Assembly (NCBI GenBank): GCA_019419625.1
Contig: DXZO01000005.1
Coordinates: forward strand, 7,587 to 71,586
Length of the DNA stretch: 64,000 nucleotides
Direction of reading: 5' to 3'
From: Collinsella sp.
GTDB taxonomy: Bacteria; Actinomycetota; Coriobacteriia; Coriobacteriales; Coriobacteriaceae
Positions 1 through 8,241 of this stretch are shown here, one piece after another (positions within the stretch are counted from its first letter, which is position 1; each line of letters begins with the position of its first letter). The position numbers were made by a program, and so were the translations under genes. Below the pieces are notes generated by a model that saw only the letters and a program-made list of their open reading frames with translations, was not told where the DNA came from and did no database searches.

Positions 1-3000
1 CTACCGCATCTCCAATGCTCAGCTTATGACCATGCTGAGTTTTGACGCCAACGCTTCGGCCAAAAAGCATTCCGCCGCGGCCGAGGAGCGCCAGCAGGAG
101 TTCTCGAATGCCGTGCAGCAGTGGCACGAGTATATGATGGATAACTCGTTTAATGATGTCGACGAGGCCTTTAACGACGCGATTGACCAGATGGTCGCCG
201 ATGCGTTTGCCGAGGAGGACAAGGACGGTAAAGAGGACGAAGCCCAAGGTGGAGCTGCCCGTAAGGCTCGTCGCGCTCCTGCCGCCAGCGACGGCGGGGG
301 TGATGATGCTGGCAACGACGAGGCCGCGCAGTTTGCGGCCGAGCTCAAGGCTGCGGTCGGCGGGTCATCGGCGCTGCTAACCCGGCAGGGCGACAGCTAC
401 GGCGTCAATGTGGACAAGATGATCTTTGAGGATGCTTACGGCACCAGCGAGGATTGGTATCAGGAACTCGCGGCGGCCCAGGGCGCGAACGCTGCGGATG
501 CGGCCGCCATCAAGGAGCTCGTCGACCATGCATCACGAGCGGAGTTTATTGCCCAGCAGGCCGAGGATCTGGTGGGCCAGTCGATGGGTATCGGCCAGCT
601 CAACCAATACGGAAGCTGGAATGACGCAACCGCTGCGGCGCTCAACAAGTGTGCGGGCATTAAGGCCAGCGAGTACAACGGCCAGTCGACGAGCGGGTTT
701 AACGATTTGGGCCAGGCGCTCGGCAGCTCGCTGAGCTACAAGGCGGCTGACGACGATACCGTCAAGGGCTTTAAGGTAGCCGCGCCCGATGGCGAGCAGA
801 CGGCCTATATCGAGTCGGAGTTTATCGAGAACTCCAATAACAACAAGAACCAGGCGCTGCTGTTTAACTCGATCGCCATGCAGTGCGACATTCTGGACAA
901 CCTGTACGACAACTGGAATGTGGTCCATAGCCTCAACAACTCCAAGGTGCGCGGATGGCTCATGGCCTGGAAGCGCAACGGCGACGTGAGCGCCCATATG
1001 AAGCTCATCCGTACGATCCGTTCGCTCAAGAGCTATAAGATCGAGTGCGAGATGTTCGGACAGGTCTTTAAGACCGATGCGTGGAAGGCGGCCGGCCAGG
1101 CGTTTCCCGCGGCGACCCAGGGCATCGGCATCTTTACCGGCATTTACGGCGTGAACGATGCCAGCAAGAACTGGGAGAACGTGAACGTCCGTATGCAGAA
1201 GGTGAAGGGCGAGCGCGAGGGCTATGAGCTTCAGCATACGCGCTTGCTTGCCAAGCCCGAGAAGACCGAGGACGACTGGAAGTGCATTTACGCGCTGCGT
1301 GACGCCATGGAGAAGGCGCGTGCGTTTGAGGATCTGCTGTATCGCCAGCTCTGCCACGACAGCACCGATGTGGCAGTGGGCTCCATTATGACAATCGCCG
1401 GCGTGCTGACGGCCGGTTCGGCGGGTACCGTGGTGGGCGCTGCCTATGACGCGGCTTCGACCAGCGTAGGTTCGGAGCGCGCGATTAAGCTGACCAATGC
1501 CGAATGCGCCTACGATGTTGCCTGCGAGCAGGTGGAGCGCGCGTGTCAGAATCGTATTACGGTCAACTGGGGCGAGCTGACCGATGCCGAGGTCTACAAG
1601 GCCAACAAGGACGGCTTGATCTCGGACGAGAAGATGCAGTCGATCTTCGAGGCGCGTTATCGCAATGTGGCTGCCAAGGCAGCACCCGATCCTGCGGGCG
1701 TGGTGTACGAGGGCCTGCTGTCCAATACGGTTGAAGGCGCGACGGTTGAGCTGTGGAGCGCCGACGATGCGGCCGGTACCAATGCGGTGCGTTGGGATGC
1801 CGAGGAGTATGAGCAGGACAATCCGCTTGCGACGGGTGCGGACGGTGCGTACAACTGGAATACGCCGACCGGCTGGTATCAGGTGCGCGTGACCAAGGAC
1901 GGGTATGAGGAGGCGCGTTCGGCTTGGCTGCGCGTGCCGCCGATTCAGACTGAGGTGAACATTGGCTTGGTGTCGACGGCGGCGCCCGGGGTGGCTTCGG
2001 CCCATGCCTATACCGATTGCATCGAGGTTGAGTTTGCGCAGTATATGGATGCGAGCGACGATGCCCTGGTCGCATTGTGCGCGCAGGGCTTGGGCGACGT
2101 GACGTATACGTGGCTCGACAAGCAGGACGATCCCAATGGCAAGCCGCTGTCGCGCGTGCTGCGTATTCGCTATGCCGATGCGCGTGAGGCGGGCTCGACG
2201 GTGGCGTTTGAGCTCGACGGTGCTCGCAATTACGCCGGCACGGTCATGCCACGCTGGGCAAGTGGCGAGCTTGTCGTGGGCGTTCGTGCCGACAAGCTCA
2301 AGCTCAACGTGGAGCAGGCCGTGACCATGCTTGATGGCGGTGACTTTGAGCTGGTGGCGCACGTGACCGATAAGGCGGGCAAGCCGTTTGCGGGCGCCAA
2401 GGTTAGTGTTGGACTGGAGTCCTCGGCTATCTGCTCTGTCGATGCTACCCAGGCCGTGACGGGCGAGGACGGCGCGGCGACGTTTGTGCTGCATGGCGCT
2501 CTGCCCGGTTTGACGACGTTGACGGCGACGGTGGATGACACGGCGCTGTCCAAGCAGGTCGACGTTCGCGTGTCTGCCGAGGCAGTGCGACCGGCGCGAC
2601 CGGTGGCGACGATTGGTGCGACGACGTTTGGTGCATGGTCGCCCAAGGAGAACTACATTACGGTGCCCAAGGGCACGAAGCTGGAGCTTTCGGCCGAGGA
2701 TGGCACGACGATTTGGTACACCACCAACGACACCTGCCCCTGCCGTGACGAAGGCCGCGTAAAGTACACCGAGCCTATTGTGCTCGATAGCAATATGTAT
2801 GTGCGCATTGCGGCACAGCGCCCTGGCATGTCGTACAGCGAGTATTCCGAGCGTCTGAACATTACGATTACGGTGACCGATGAGGCGGCGCCTGAGCCGA
2901 CGCCCGATCCCAGTCTGAAGCCAGAGCCCGAGCCGACGCCTGACGGCGGCGAGCAGGGAGGCGGTACGGATGGCTCTGGTGGCGCCGGGGTCCCTGCGGG

Positions 3001-3193
3001 CAGTTCGACTTCGACGACGACCACGGTGACGACGGACAAGTCCAAGGGTAAGGGCGAGAACGGCAAGAAGTCCGGCGGCGCGGAGCTCGCCAGCACGGGT
3101 GACTCCGCCGCGATGACGGTCGCTGCCCTGGGCATCGCCGGCGCAACCGTCGCCGCTGCCGGTCTCGCCGCAACCAAGCGCCGCAAGCGCTAG
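1..3193 (+). CDS. Cell-wall-anchored surface protein, 5' end probably outside the window (beta-sandwich/Ig-like modules, Pro-rich stalk, LAxTG sorting signal)
   Basis: ORF 26..3193 stays open in-frame back to nt 2 and has no signal peptide after its first Met, so it is likely truncated by the window edge. The C-terminus has a PEPTPDPSLKPEPEPTPDGG stalk, then ELASTGDS (LAxTG sortase motif), a hydrophobic helix AAMTVAALGIAGATVAAAGLAA and a KRRKR tail. Ig-like segments are visible, e.g. VSVGLESS...TLTATVDD...VDVRVS. Confidence 0.75.
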   Translation, partial: YRISNAQLMTMLSFDANASAKKHSAAAEERQQEFSNAVQQWHEYMMDNSFNDVDEAFNDAIDQMVADAFAEEDKDGKEDEAQGGAARKARRAPAASDGGGDDAGNDEAAQFAAELKAAVGGSSALLTRQGDSYGVNVDKMIFEDAYGTSEDWYQELAAAQGANAADAAAIKELVDHASRAEFIAQQAEDLVGQSMGIGQLNQYGSWNDATAAALNKCAGIKASEYNGQSTSGFNDLGQALGSSLSYKAADDDTVKGFKVAAPDGEQTAYIESEFIENSNNNKNQALLFNSIAMQCDILDNLYDNWNVVHSLNNSKVRGWLMAWKRNGDVSAHMKLIRTIRSLKSYKIECEMFGQVFKTDAWKAAGQAFPAATQGIGIFTGIYGVNDASKNWENVNVRMQKVKGEREGYELQHTRLLAKPEKTEDDWKCIYALRDAMEKARAFEDLLYRQLCHDSTDVAVGSIMTIAGVLTAGSAGTVVGAAYDAASTSVGSERAIKLTNAECAYDVACEQVERACQNRITVNWGELTDAEVYKANKDGLISDEKMQSIFEARYRNVAAKAAPDPAGVVYEGLLSNTVEGATVELWSADDAAGTNAVRWDAEEYEQDNPLATGADGAYNWNTPTGWYQVRVTKDGYEEARSAWLRVPPIQTEVNIGLVSTAAPGVASAHAYTDCIEVEFAQYMDASDDALVALCAQGLGDVTYTWLDKQDDPNGKPLSRVLRIRYADAREAGSTVAFELDGARNYAGTVMPRWASGELVVGVRADKLKLNVEQAVTMLDGGDFELVAHVTDKAGKPFAGAKVSVGLESSAICSVDATQAVTGEDGAATFVLHGALPGLTTLTATVDDTALSKQVDVRVSAEAVRPARPVATIGATTFGAWSPKENYITVPKGTKLELSAEDGTTIWYTTNDTCPCRDEGRVKYTEPIVLDSNMYVRIAAQRPGMSYSEYSERLNITITVTDEAAPEPTPDPSLKPEPEPTPDGGEQGGGTDGSGGAGVPAGSSTSTTTTVTTDKSKGKGENGKKSGGAELASTGDSAAMTVAALGIAGATVAAAGLAATKRRKR

Positions 3194-3230
3194 GTTTTGG
3201 CGACAGCGCCTATCCTCGGCCTCAGCAAAA

Positions 3231-3447
3231 TCTCAATCTGTAACACCAAGCTGCCCAAAACGGCTCCAGGTGTTACAGATTGAGATGAACTGTTCGGCCG
3301 CCAATCTAATGTCTCGATCTGTAACACCAGGCGGGGAATTTGGTTTCTAACTGTTACAGATTGAGACAAAGCGGAGGCGGCTGGAGCAATATCTCGATCT
3401 GTAACAACTACAAGGCTCAACGGGCTCCAGGTGTTACAGATTGAGAC
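3231..3447. repeat. Array of three hairpin units built from a 16-nt repeat in alternating orientation (BIME/REP-like), copy 1 of 3
   Basis: Read directly. TCTCRATCTGTAACAC / GTGTTACAGATTGAGA arms lie at 3231-3246/3270-3285, 3312-3327/3352-3367 and 3392-3407/3432-3447. Loops are 23-24 nt and linkers 24-26 nt. The same architecture occurs at 19208-19425 and 62584-62721. Confidence 0.9.
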
Positions 3448-3464
3448 AAAACGACCAGGTAAGT

Positions 3465-3509
3465 CCCAAACCACCACAAAGGTGCCTGTCCCCATCGTGG
3501 TGGTTTGGG
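3465..3509 (+). repeat. Conserved 45-nt stem-loop module that caps the hairpin array (copy 1 of 2)
   Basis: CCCAAACCACCAC (3465-3477) pairs with GTGGTGGTTTGGG (3497-3509). The loop contains AAAGGTGCCTGTCCCC. A near-identical module in the same orientation sits at 62727-62773. Confidence 0.85.
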
Positions 3510-3516
3510 CGGCCGG

Positions 3517-3560
3517 TATAGAAAAAGTCCCCGCCGGGCGTGTGCTCGACGGGGACTTTG
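3517..3560 (-). terminator. Probable intrinsic terminator downstream of nfnB
   Basis: Stem AAAGTCCCCG (3524-3533) / CGGGGACTTT (3550-3559). On the minus strand it is followed by TTTTTCTAT, 28 nt after the stop of the 3588..4997 gene. Confidence 0.55.
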
Positions 3561-3587
3561 CCGTTTGGTGGCTAACGCTGATGGTGA

Positions 3588-4997
3588 TTACTCGCTCAGC
3601 AGGCTCTTGGTGATCGAAGCGGCGGCCTTCTTGCCGGCGCCCATCGCCAGAATGACCGTAGCGGCACCGGTGACGATGTCGCCGCCGGCCCAGATGCGGG
3701 GATCGGTGGTCTGGCCGGTCTCCTCGTCAGCGACGATGTAGCCCCACTTGTTGAGCTCCATCTTGCCGCCGATCTTCTTTGCGAAGGGGTTGGCGTTGGT
3801 GCCGATAGCCGAGATCGCGACGTCGCAGGGGATCTCCTCGATGGCGCCCTCGATGGGCACCGGACGACGGCGGCCGGACTCGTCGGGCTCGCCGAGCTCC
3901 ATCTTCTGGACCTTGACGGCGCACACGGAGCCGTCCTCGCCAGCGACAAACTCGAGCGGGGAAACGAGCGGCAGAACCTCGACGCCCTCGGCCTTAGCAT
4001 GGTGCAGCTCGGCGCGACGGCAGGGCATCTCGTCCTCGGTACGACGGTAGGCGATGATGGCGTGCTCGGCGCCCAGGCGCTTGGCGGTACGGACGGCGTC
4101 CATAGCCACGTTGCCGCCACCAAAGACAACGACGTTCTTGCCGTGCTTGGTGGGGGTGTCGTACTCGGGGAACTTGTTGGCCTTCATCAGGTTCACGCGG
4201 GTGAGGTACTCGTTCGCGAAGAAGACGTTGGGCAGGTTCTCGCCGGGGACATTGAGGAACTTGGGCAGGCCAGCGCCGGTCGCCACGTAGATGGCGTCGA
4301 AGCCCTGCTCGAACAGCTCCTCGGCCGTGGCCATGTTGCCCACGACGGAGTTGTACTCAAACTTGACGCCCATGTCCTCCAGGCCGTCAATTTCGCGCTT
4401 GACGACCGCCTTGGGCAGACGGAACTCGGGGATGCCGTAGACCAGTACGCCGCCGCCGGTAAAGAAGGCCTCAAAGACGGTGACGTCAAAGCCGTTGCGG
4501 GCGAGCTCGCCGGCGCAGGTGATGCCGGACGGGCCGGAGCCGACGACGGCGACCTTCTTGCCGTTCTTGGGGGCCATCTTGGGCGTGGAGGCGAGCTCGG
4601 GGCGGTCACCCAGGAAGCGCTCGAGCTGGCCGATGGCCACGGGCTCGGACTTCTTACCACGGATGCACTTGCCCTCGCACTGGTTCTCCTGCGGGCAGAC
4701 GCGGCCGCAGATAGCGGGAAGCATAGAGTCCTCGCGGATGGTATCGAGGGCGCCGCCGAAGTCCTTCGCGCGGATCTGCTCGATAAAGCGGGGGATGTTG
4801 ATGTTGACGGGGCAGCCCTCAACACAGAACGGCTTCTTGCAGTTGAGGCAGCGCTCGGCCTCGGCCAGCGCCATCTCCTCGGTGAAGCCCTTGTCGACGG
4901 GGCGGAAGTCGCAGGCGCGCTCGGCAGCCGGCTCCTCGTTATCGGGGGTGCGGGGCGACTTCATATCGGCAACGAAACGACCGTTAACTAGTGGCAT
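3588..4997 (-). CDS. nfnB: NADPH-dependent glutamate synthase small-chain-like oxidoreductase (NfnB-type subunit of NADH-dependent ferredoxin:NADP+ oxidoreductase)
   Basis: 469 aa. N-terminal Fe-S Cys clusters (CLNCKKPFCVEGCP, CGRVCPQENQCEGKC) and two dinucleotide folds (VAVVGSGPSG, VVVFGGGNVAMD). It overlaps the upstream NfnA-like gene by 10 nt. Confidence 0.8.
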   Translation of the reverse strand: MPLVNGRFVADMKSPRTPDNEEPAAERACDFRPVDKGFTEEMALAEAERCLNCKKPFCVEGCPVNINIPRFIEQIRAKDFGGALDTIREDSMLPAICGRVCPQENQCEGKCIRGKKSEPVAIGQLERFLGDRPELASTPKMAPKNGKKVAVVGSGPSGITCAGELARNGFDVTVFEAFFTGGGVLVYGIPEFRLPKAVVKREIDGLEDMGVKFEYNSVVGNMATAEELFEQGFDAIYVATGAGLPKFLNVPGENLPNVFFANEYLTRVNLMKANKFPEYDTPTKHGKNVVVFGGGNVAMDAVRTAKRLGAEHAIIAYRRTEDEMPCRRAELHHAKAEGVEVLPLVSPLEFVAGEDGSVCAVKVQKMELGEPDESGRRRPVPIEGAIEEIPCDVAISAIGTNANPFAKKIGGKMELNKWGYIVADEETGQTTDPRIWAGGDIVTGAATVILAMGAGKKAAASITKSLLSE

Positions 4998-5827
4998 GCG
5001 CAGCTCTTTTCCTCATAGGCCTTGAGGGACGCGCCCTCTTCGGAACGGTAAGCGGCCTGGCGGGCACGAAGGTCATCCCAGTCGACCAAGGTGGCATCGA
5101 AGTCGGGGCCGTCGACGCAAGCGAACTTGGTCACGCCGCCCACCTCGACGCGGCAGCAGCCGCACATGCCGGTGCCGTCAACCATGATAGGGTTGAGCGA
5201 CGCGGTGATGGGGGTGTCGTACTTCTGGGCGGTGAGGGTCGAGAACTTCATCATCGGAACGGGGCCGACGCAGAAGACCTGGCTCACGGCCTTGTCCTGC
5301 AGCAGGCGCTCCAGCGGAGCGGTGACAACGCCCTGCTCGCCGTAGGAGCCGTCGTCAGTGGTGATGTGGATGTGGTCCTCGTCGAGGAGCTCGCGGAACT
5401 GGTCCTCCATGAGCAGGAGATCCTTGGTGCGGGCGCCCATGATGGCGTGCACCTCGTGGCCGGTCTCGACCAGGTGCTTGGCGACCGGGAAGGCAATTGC
5501 CAGGCCGACGCCGCCGCCGATGACAGCGCAGGGGCCCTCGGCCATCTCGGTGGGAACGCCCAGCGGACCCACGACGTCGCGCAGCGACTCGCCGGCCTCG
5601 TAGGTGGAAAGCATTTCGGTGGTCTTGCCGATCACCATGAAGATGAACTCGACCCAGCCCTCGTCACCGTTCCAGCCGGCCAGGGTAAACGGGACGCGCT
5701 CGCCCGTCTCGTTGGCGCGAACCATGAGGAACTGTCCAGCGTGCGCATGCTTGGCGATTGCGGGCGCCTCGATGCGGAACTTGAACACCTTCTCCGAGAA
5801 CTGCGTCTTCTCCAGGATCTTATACAT
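4988..5827 (-). CDS. nfnA: Ferredoxin-NADP+ reductase-like FAD/[2Fe-2S] subunit (NfnA / sulfide dehydrogenase SudB-like)
   Basis: 279 aa. Starts MYKILEKTQFSEKVFKFRIEAP, has RVPFTL and GGGVGLAIAFP motifs, and a C-terminal Cys cluster (GTGMCGCCRV...FACVDGP). Paired with the GltD-like gene. Confidence 0.8.
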   Translation of the reverse strand: MYKILEKTQFSEKVFKFRIEAPAIAKHAHAGQFLMVRANETGERVPFTLAGWNGDEGWVEFIFMVIGKTTEMLSTYEAGESLRDVVGPLGVPTEMAEGPCAVIGGGVGLAIAFPVAKHLVETGHEVHAIMGARTKDLLLMEDQFRELLDEDHIHITTDDGSYGEQGVVTAPLERLLQDKAVSQVFCVGPVPMMKFSTLTAQKYDTPITASLNPIMVDGTGMCGCCRVEVGGVTKFACVDGPDFDATLVDWDDLRARQAAYRSEEGASLKAYEEKSCACH

Positions 5828-5992
5828 AGAACCCCTCTCTTGTTAGGGCGGCCGAACCGTGCCTCCACGGAAATGGACGGCAGCCCGAATAAAACCGTAC
5901 GCGCACAGGCGTTGTGCAGACATACAGTACAAATTATACCCTCATGGACATGTCGCTTACGTGTATCTTTGGCAGGTGGGAAAAGTGACCGG

Positions 5993-6182
5993 CCATTTAG
6001 GGACAGGTTTATTTTGGCAGGTTTTATCAGGCAAAACGGCAAAGGGGGCCGGTCTCGCGCATCGGTGAGGCCGGCCCCCTTTGGAGCGCTGCATATGTAT
6101 GGCGGCACAGGGTTTATTACGGCGCGGCTGCCGCGGCGTTTCCGCATACAAAACCTGCCAAAATAAACCTGTCCCTAAATGG
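5993..6182. repeat. 190-bp MITE-like element bounded by a perfect 33-bp inverted repeat
   Basis: CCATTTAGGGACAGGTTTATTTTGGCAGGTTTT (5993-6025) is the exact reverse complement of 6150-6182. The element encloses the pth terminator hairpin. The arms carry the CTGTCCCYAAATG core seen in other repeats in this window. Confidence 0.85.
6041..6084 (-). terminator. Probable intrinsic terminator of pth, embedded in the MITE-like element
   Basis: AAAGGGGGCCGG (6041-6052) pairs with CCGGCCCCCTTT (6071-6082). On the minus strand it is followed by GCCGTTTTGCC. Confidence 0.55.
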
Positions 6183-6188
6183 TAGGTT

Positions 6189-6818
6189 TTAGTGCTTGCC
6201 GTTGGCGGAAGCGGCGCCGTTGACGTGATCGCGGGCGTAGATTACGCCGTGGACGATGGCCAGACCGGCGGCATCTGCGGCGCGGGCGCAGGTGCCCTGG
6301 AAGTCCTCGGCCTCGCGGGCGCGCAGCTGCTTGAGCACGTAGTCGGCGACAGCCATCTTGCCGGGAGGGTTGCCGATACCGGTGCGGATGCGACTAAAGT
6401 CGCGGCTGCCCATCTTATCGATGATGGAGCGCAGGCCGTTATGGCCGGCGTGGCCACCGCCCACTTTAACACGTACGTCGCCGGCGGGAATATCGAGCTC
6501 ATCGTGGATTACGAGTAGCTCCTCGGCCTTGATCTTGTACTCGCGGCAGAGCTTGGAGATGGGGCCTCCCGAGGTATTCATGTACGACTGCGGCTTGACC
6601 AGCACAATCTGGCGCTTGCCGCCCTCTTCCTCGGGATCGTTGATGTTGACGAGCGCGACCTCGGCGCCTGCCTGGTTTTTCCAGTACGTGACACCGGCCT
6701 GACGGGCCAACTCGTCGATTGCTTTGAAGCCAGCGTTGTGGCGGGTCTCGGCATACTCATCGCCAGGGTTGCCAAGTCCGGCAACCATGCGAATCTTAAG
6801 CGGCTGTGCAGCTGCCAT
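6189..6818 (-). CDS. pth: Peptidyl-tRNA hydrolase
   Basis: VAGLGNPGDEYAETRHNAGF signature. Start chosen at the ATG at 6818 (GAAGGGA SD 5-6 nt upstream). The ORF track allows 6848, and 6788 is also possible. Confidence 0.9.
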   Translation of the reverse strand: MAAAQPLKIRMVAGLGNPGDEYAETRHNAGFKAIDELARQAGVTYWKNQAGAEVALVNINDPEEEGGKRQIVLVKPQSYMNTSGGPISKLCREYKIKAEELLVIHDELDIPAGDVRVKVGGGHAGHNGLRSIIDKMGSRDFSRIRTGIGNPPGKMAVADYVLKQLRAREAEDFQGTCARAADAAGLAIVHGVIYARDHVNGAASANGKH

Positions 6819-6933
6819 ATTTGTCCCTTCGTTACACAAATAGTTCAATCAACGACAAAGGCTACCACGCCCGCCGAAGGCGAGGAAAGGTTGCAGCAAA
6901 GTCATTTCAGAAAACAGCTGCCCCGAGACAGCA

Positions 6934-7038
6934 GGAAGCCCCGGACACGCCGGGAGGGGTTATCAAAGCGAACATCCCGCAGCCGCAAAGCGGCGAGGAC
7001 GTTCGCGTGATAACCCCGCAGGCGTGTCCGGGGCTTCC
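6934..7038 (-). other. Long (~105 nt) imperfect stem-loop between prs and pth
   Basis: GGAAGCCCCGGACACGCC...GGGGTTATCA...GCGAAC on the left pairs with GTTCGC...TGATAACCCC...GGCGTGTCCGGGGCTTCC on the right. Confidence 0.7.
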
Positions 7039-7061
7039 GGAGGGATGCGAGGGTCGAGCGA

Positions 7062-8048
7062 CTACAGCGCGAAGTCGCCGCCGACGAGCGTGGAGACGGG
7101 CTCCTCGTGGTAAACGGCGGAGATGGCCTGAGCAAACTCCTCGGCGACCGAGATGGTCTTGATCTTGCCGCCCACCTCGACGGGGATGGCGTCGGTGACG
7201 ACGCACTCGACGATGGGGGCGTCGTTCAGACGCTCGATGGCCGGGCCGGAGAAGATGCCGTGGGTGGCGCATACGTAGATGTCGCCGGCGCCCATGGCCT
7301 TGAGCTCCTTGACGTTGGCGCACAGGGTGCCAGCGGTGTCGATCATGTCGTCATTGATGACGCAGGTCTTGCCCTTGATGTCACCGATGATGCCCATGAC
7401 CTCGGCGGCGTTGTGGCGCGGACGGCCCTTGTGAGCGATGGCCAGGTCGCAGCCGAGCATGTCGGAGAGCTTCTTGGCGGCCTTGGCGCGACCCACGTCG
7501 GGGGAGACGACAACCAGGTTGTCGGTGTCGAAGTGCATGTTGTTGTAGTACTGGCCAAACAGCGGCAGTGCGGACAGGTGGTTAACCGGGATGTCGAAGA
7601 AGCCCTGGATCTGACCCTGGTGCAGGTCGAGGGTGATGATGCGGTTGACGCCGGCGCGCTCGAGCAGGTTGGCGACGAGGCGGGCGGTGATGGGCTCGCG
7701 CGGGCCGGCCTTGCGGTCCTGGCGGGCGTAGCCGTAGTGGGTGATGACGGCGGTGATGGAGCGGGCGGATGCGCGCTTGGCAGCGTCGGTGGCGATGAGC
7801 AGCTCCATGAGCATGTCGTTGACGTTGCCGCCGGCCACGGACTGAATCAGGAAGACGTCGGCGCCGCGGACGGTCTCGTCGTAGCGGGCGTAAATCTCAC
7901 CGTTGGCGAACTGCTTTAGCGTAAGGCCCGAAAGCTCGACCCCAAGGTACTCAGCGATCTTCTGAGCGAGGGGACGGTTGGAGGAACCGGAATACACGCG
8001 GATGGACTTGCGCATATTCTCCGACTTCTCGGGATCATTAATCGGCAT
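7062..8048 (-). CDS. prs: Ribose-phosphate pyrophosphokinase
   Basis: 328 aa with typical Prs features: IRVYSGSSNRPLAQKIAEYLG, ARQDRK and a PRPP-binding VVVSPDVG..AKA region. AAGGAG SD upstream of the ATG at 8048. Confidence 0.92.
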   Translation of the reverse strand: MPINDPEKSENMRKSIRVYSGSSNRPLAQKIAEYLGVELSGLTLKQFANGEIYARYDETVRGADVFLIQSVAGGNVNDMLMELLIATDAAKRASARSITAVITHYGYARQDRKAGPREPITARLVANLLERAGVNRIITLDLHQGQIQGFFDIPVNHLSALPLFGQYYNNMHFDTDNLVVVSPDVGRAKAAKKLSDMLGCDLAIAHKGRPRHNAAEVMGIIGDIKGKTCVINDDMIDTAGTLCANVKELKAMGAGDIYVCATHGIFSGPAIERLNDAPIVECVVTDAIPVEVGGKIKTISVAEEFAQAISAVYHEEPVSTLVGGDFAL

Positions 8049-8187
8049 TACCCTTCTCCTTTATATATCGAATGCCATATAGATGCCTTTTTGCATTGTA
8101 ACCGCGCGGCGGGGTTAATCGGGTCTTGATAACGTCTTTACCGTCAACGGACACGAACCGACCACTCATTCTGTCGCGCAGGTCAGC

Positions 8188-8224
8188 ATAGAAAAAGGAG
8201 CCGTCCCCATGGGAACAGCTCCTT
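8188..8224 (-). terminator. Probable intrinsic terminator of glmU
   Basis: 14-bp stem with 2 mismatches (8195-8208 / 8211-8224). On the minus strand it is followed by TTTTCT, about 18 nt after the glmU stop. Confidence 0.5.
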
Positions 8225-8241
8225 AGATGCTTGGTAAAACG

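Noticed and set aside
533-2494. Long antisense ORFs in the track (e.g. 533..2494-, 8227..9729+, 16474..18039-, 19371..21578-, 22816..24258-, 41520..44015-, 50186..51355+, 56210..57736-, 59636..61129-)
   Set aside because: Each lies entirely opposite a gene with clear family motifs. Their products are Arg/Gly/Ala/His-rich with no motifs. Stop-free antisense frames are expected at this GC content. I see no evidence they are coding.
3231-3447. Possible CRISPR arrays at 3231-3447, 19208-19425 and 62584-62721
   Set aside because: The repeats are only ~16 nt and alternate in orientation, forming hairpins rather than direct repeats. There are only 2-3 units per locus, no cas genes and no leader. 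This fits REP/BIME-like elements instead.
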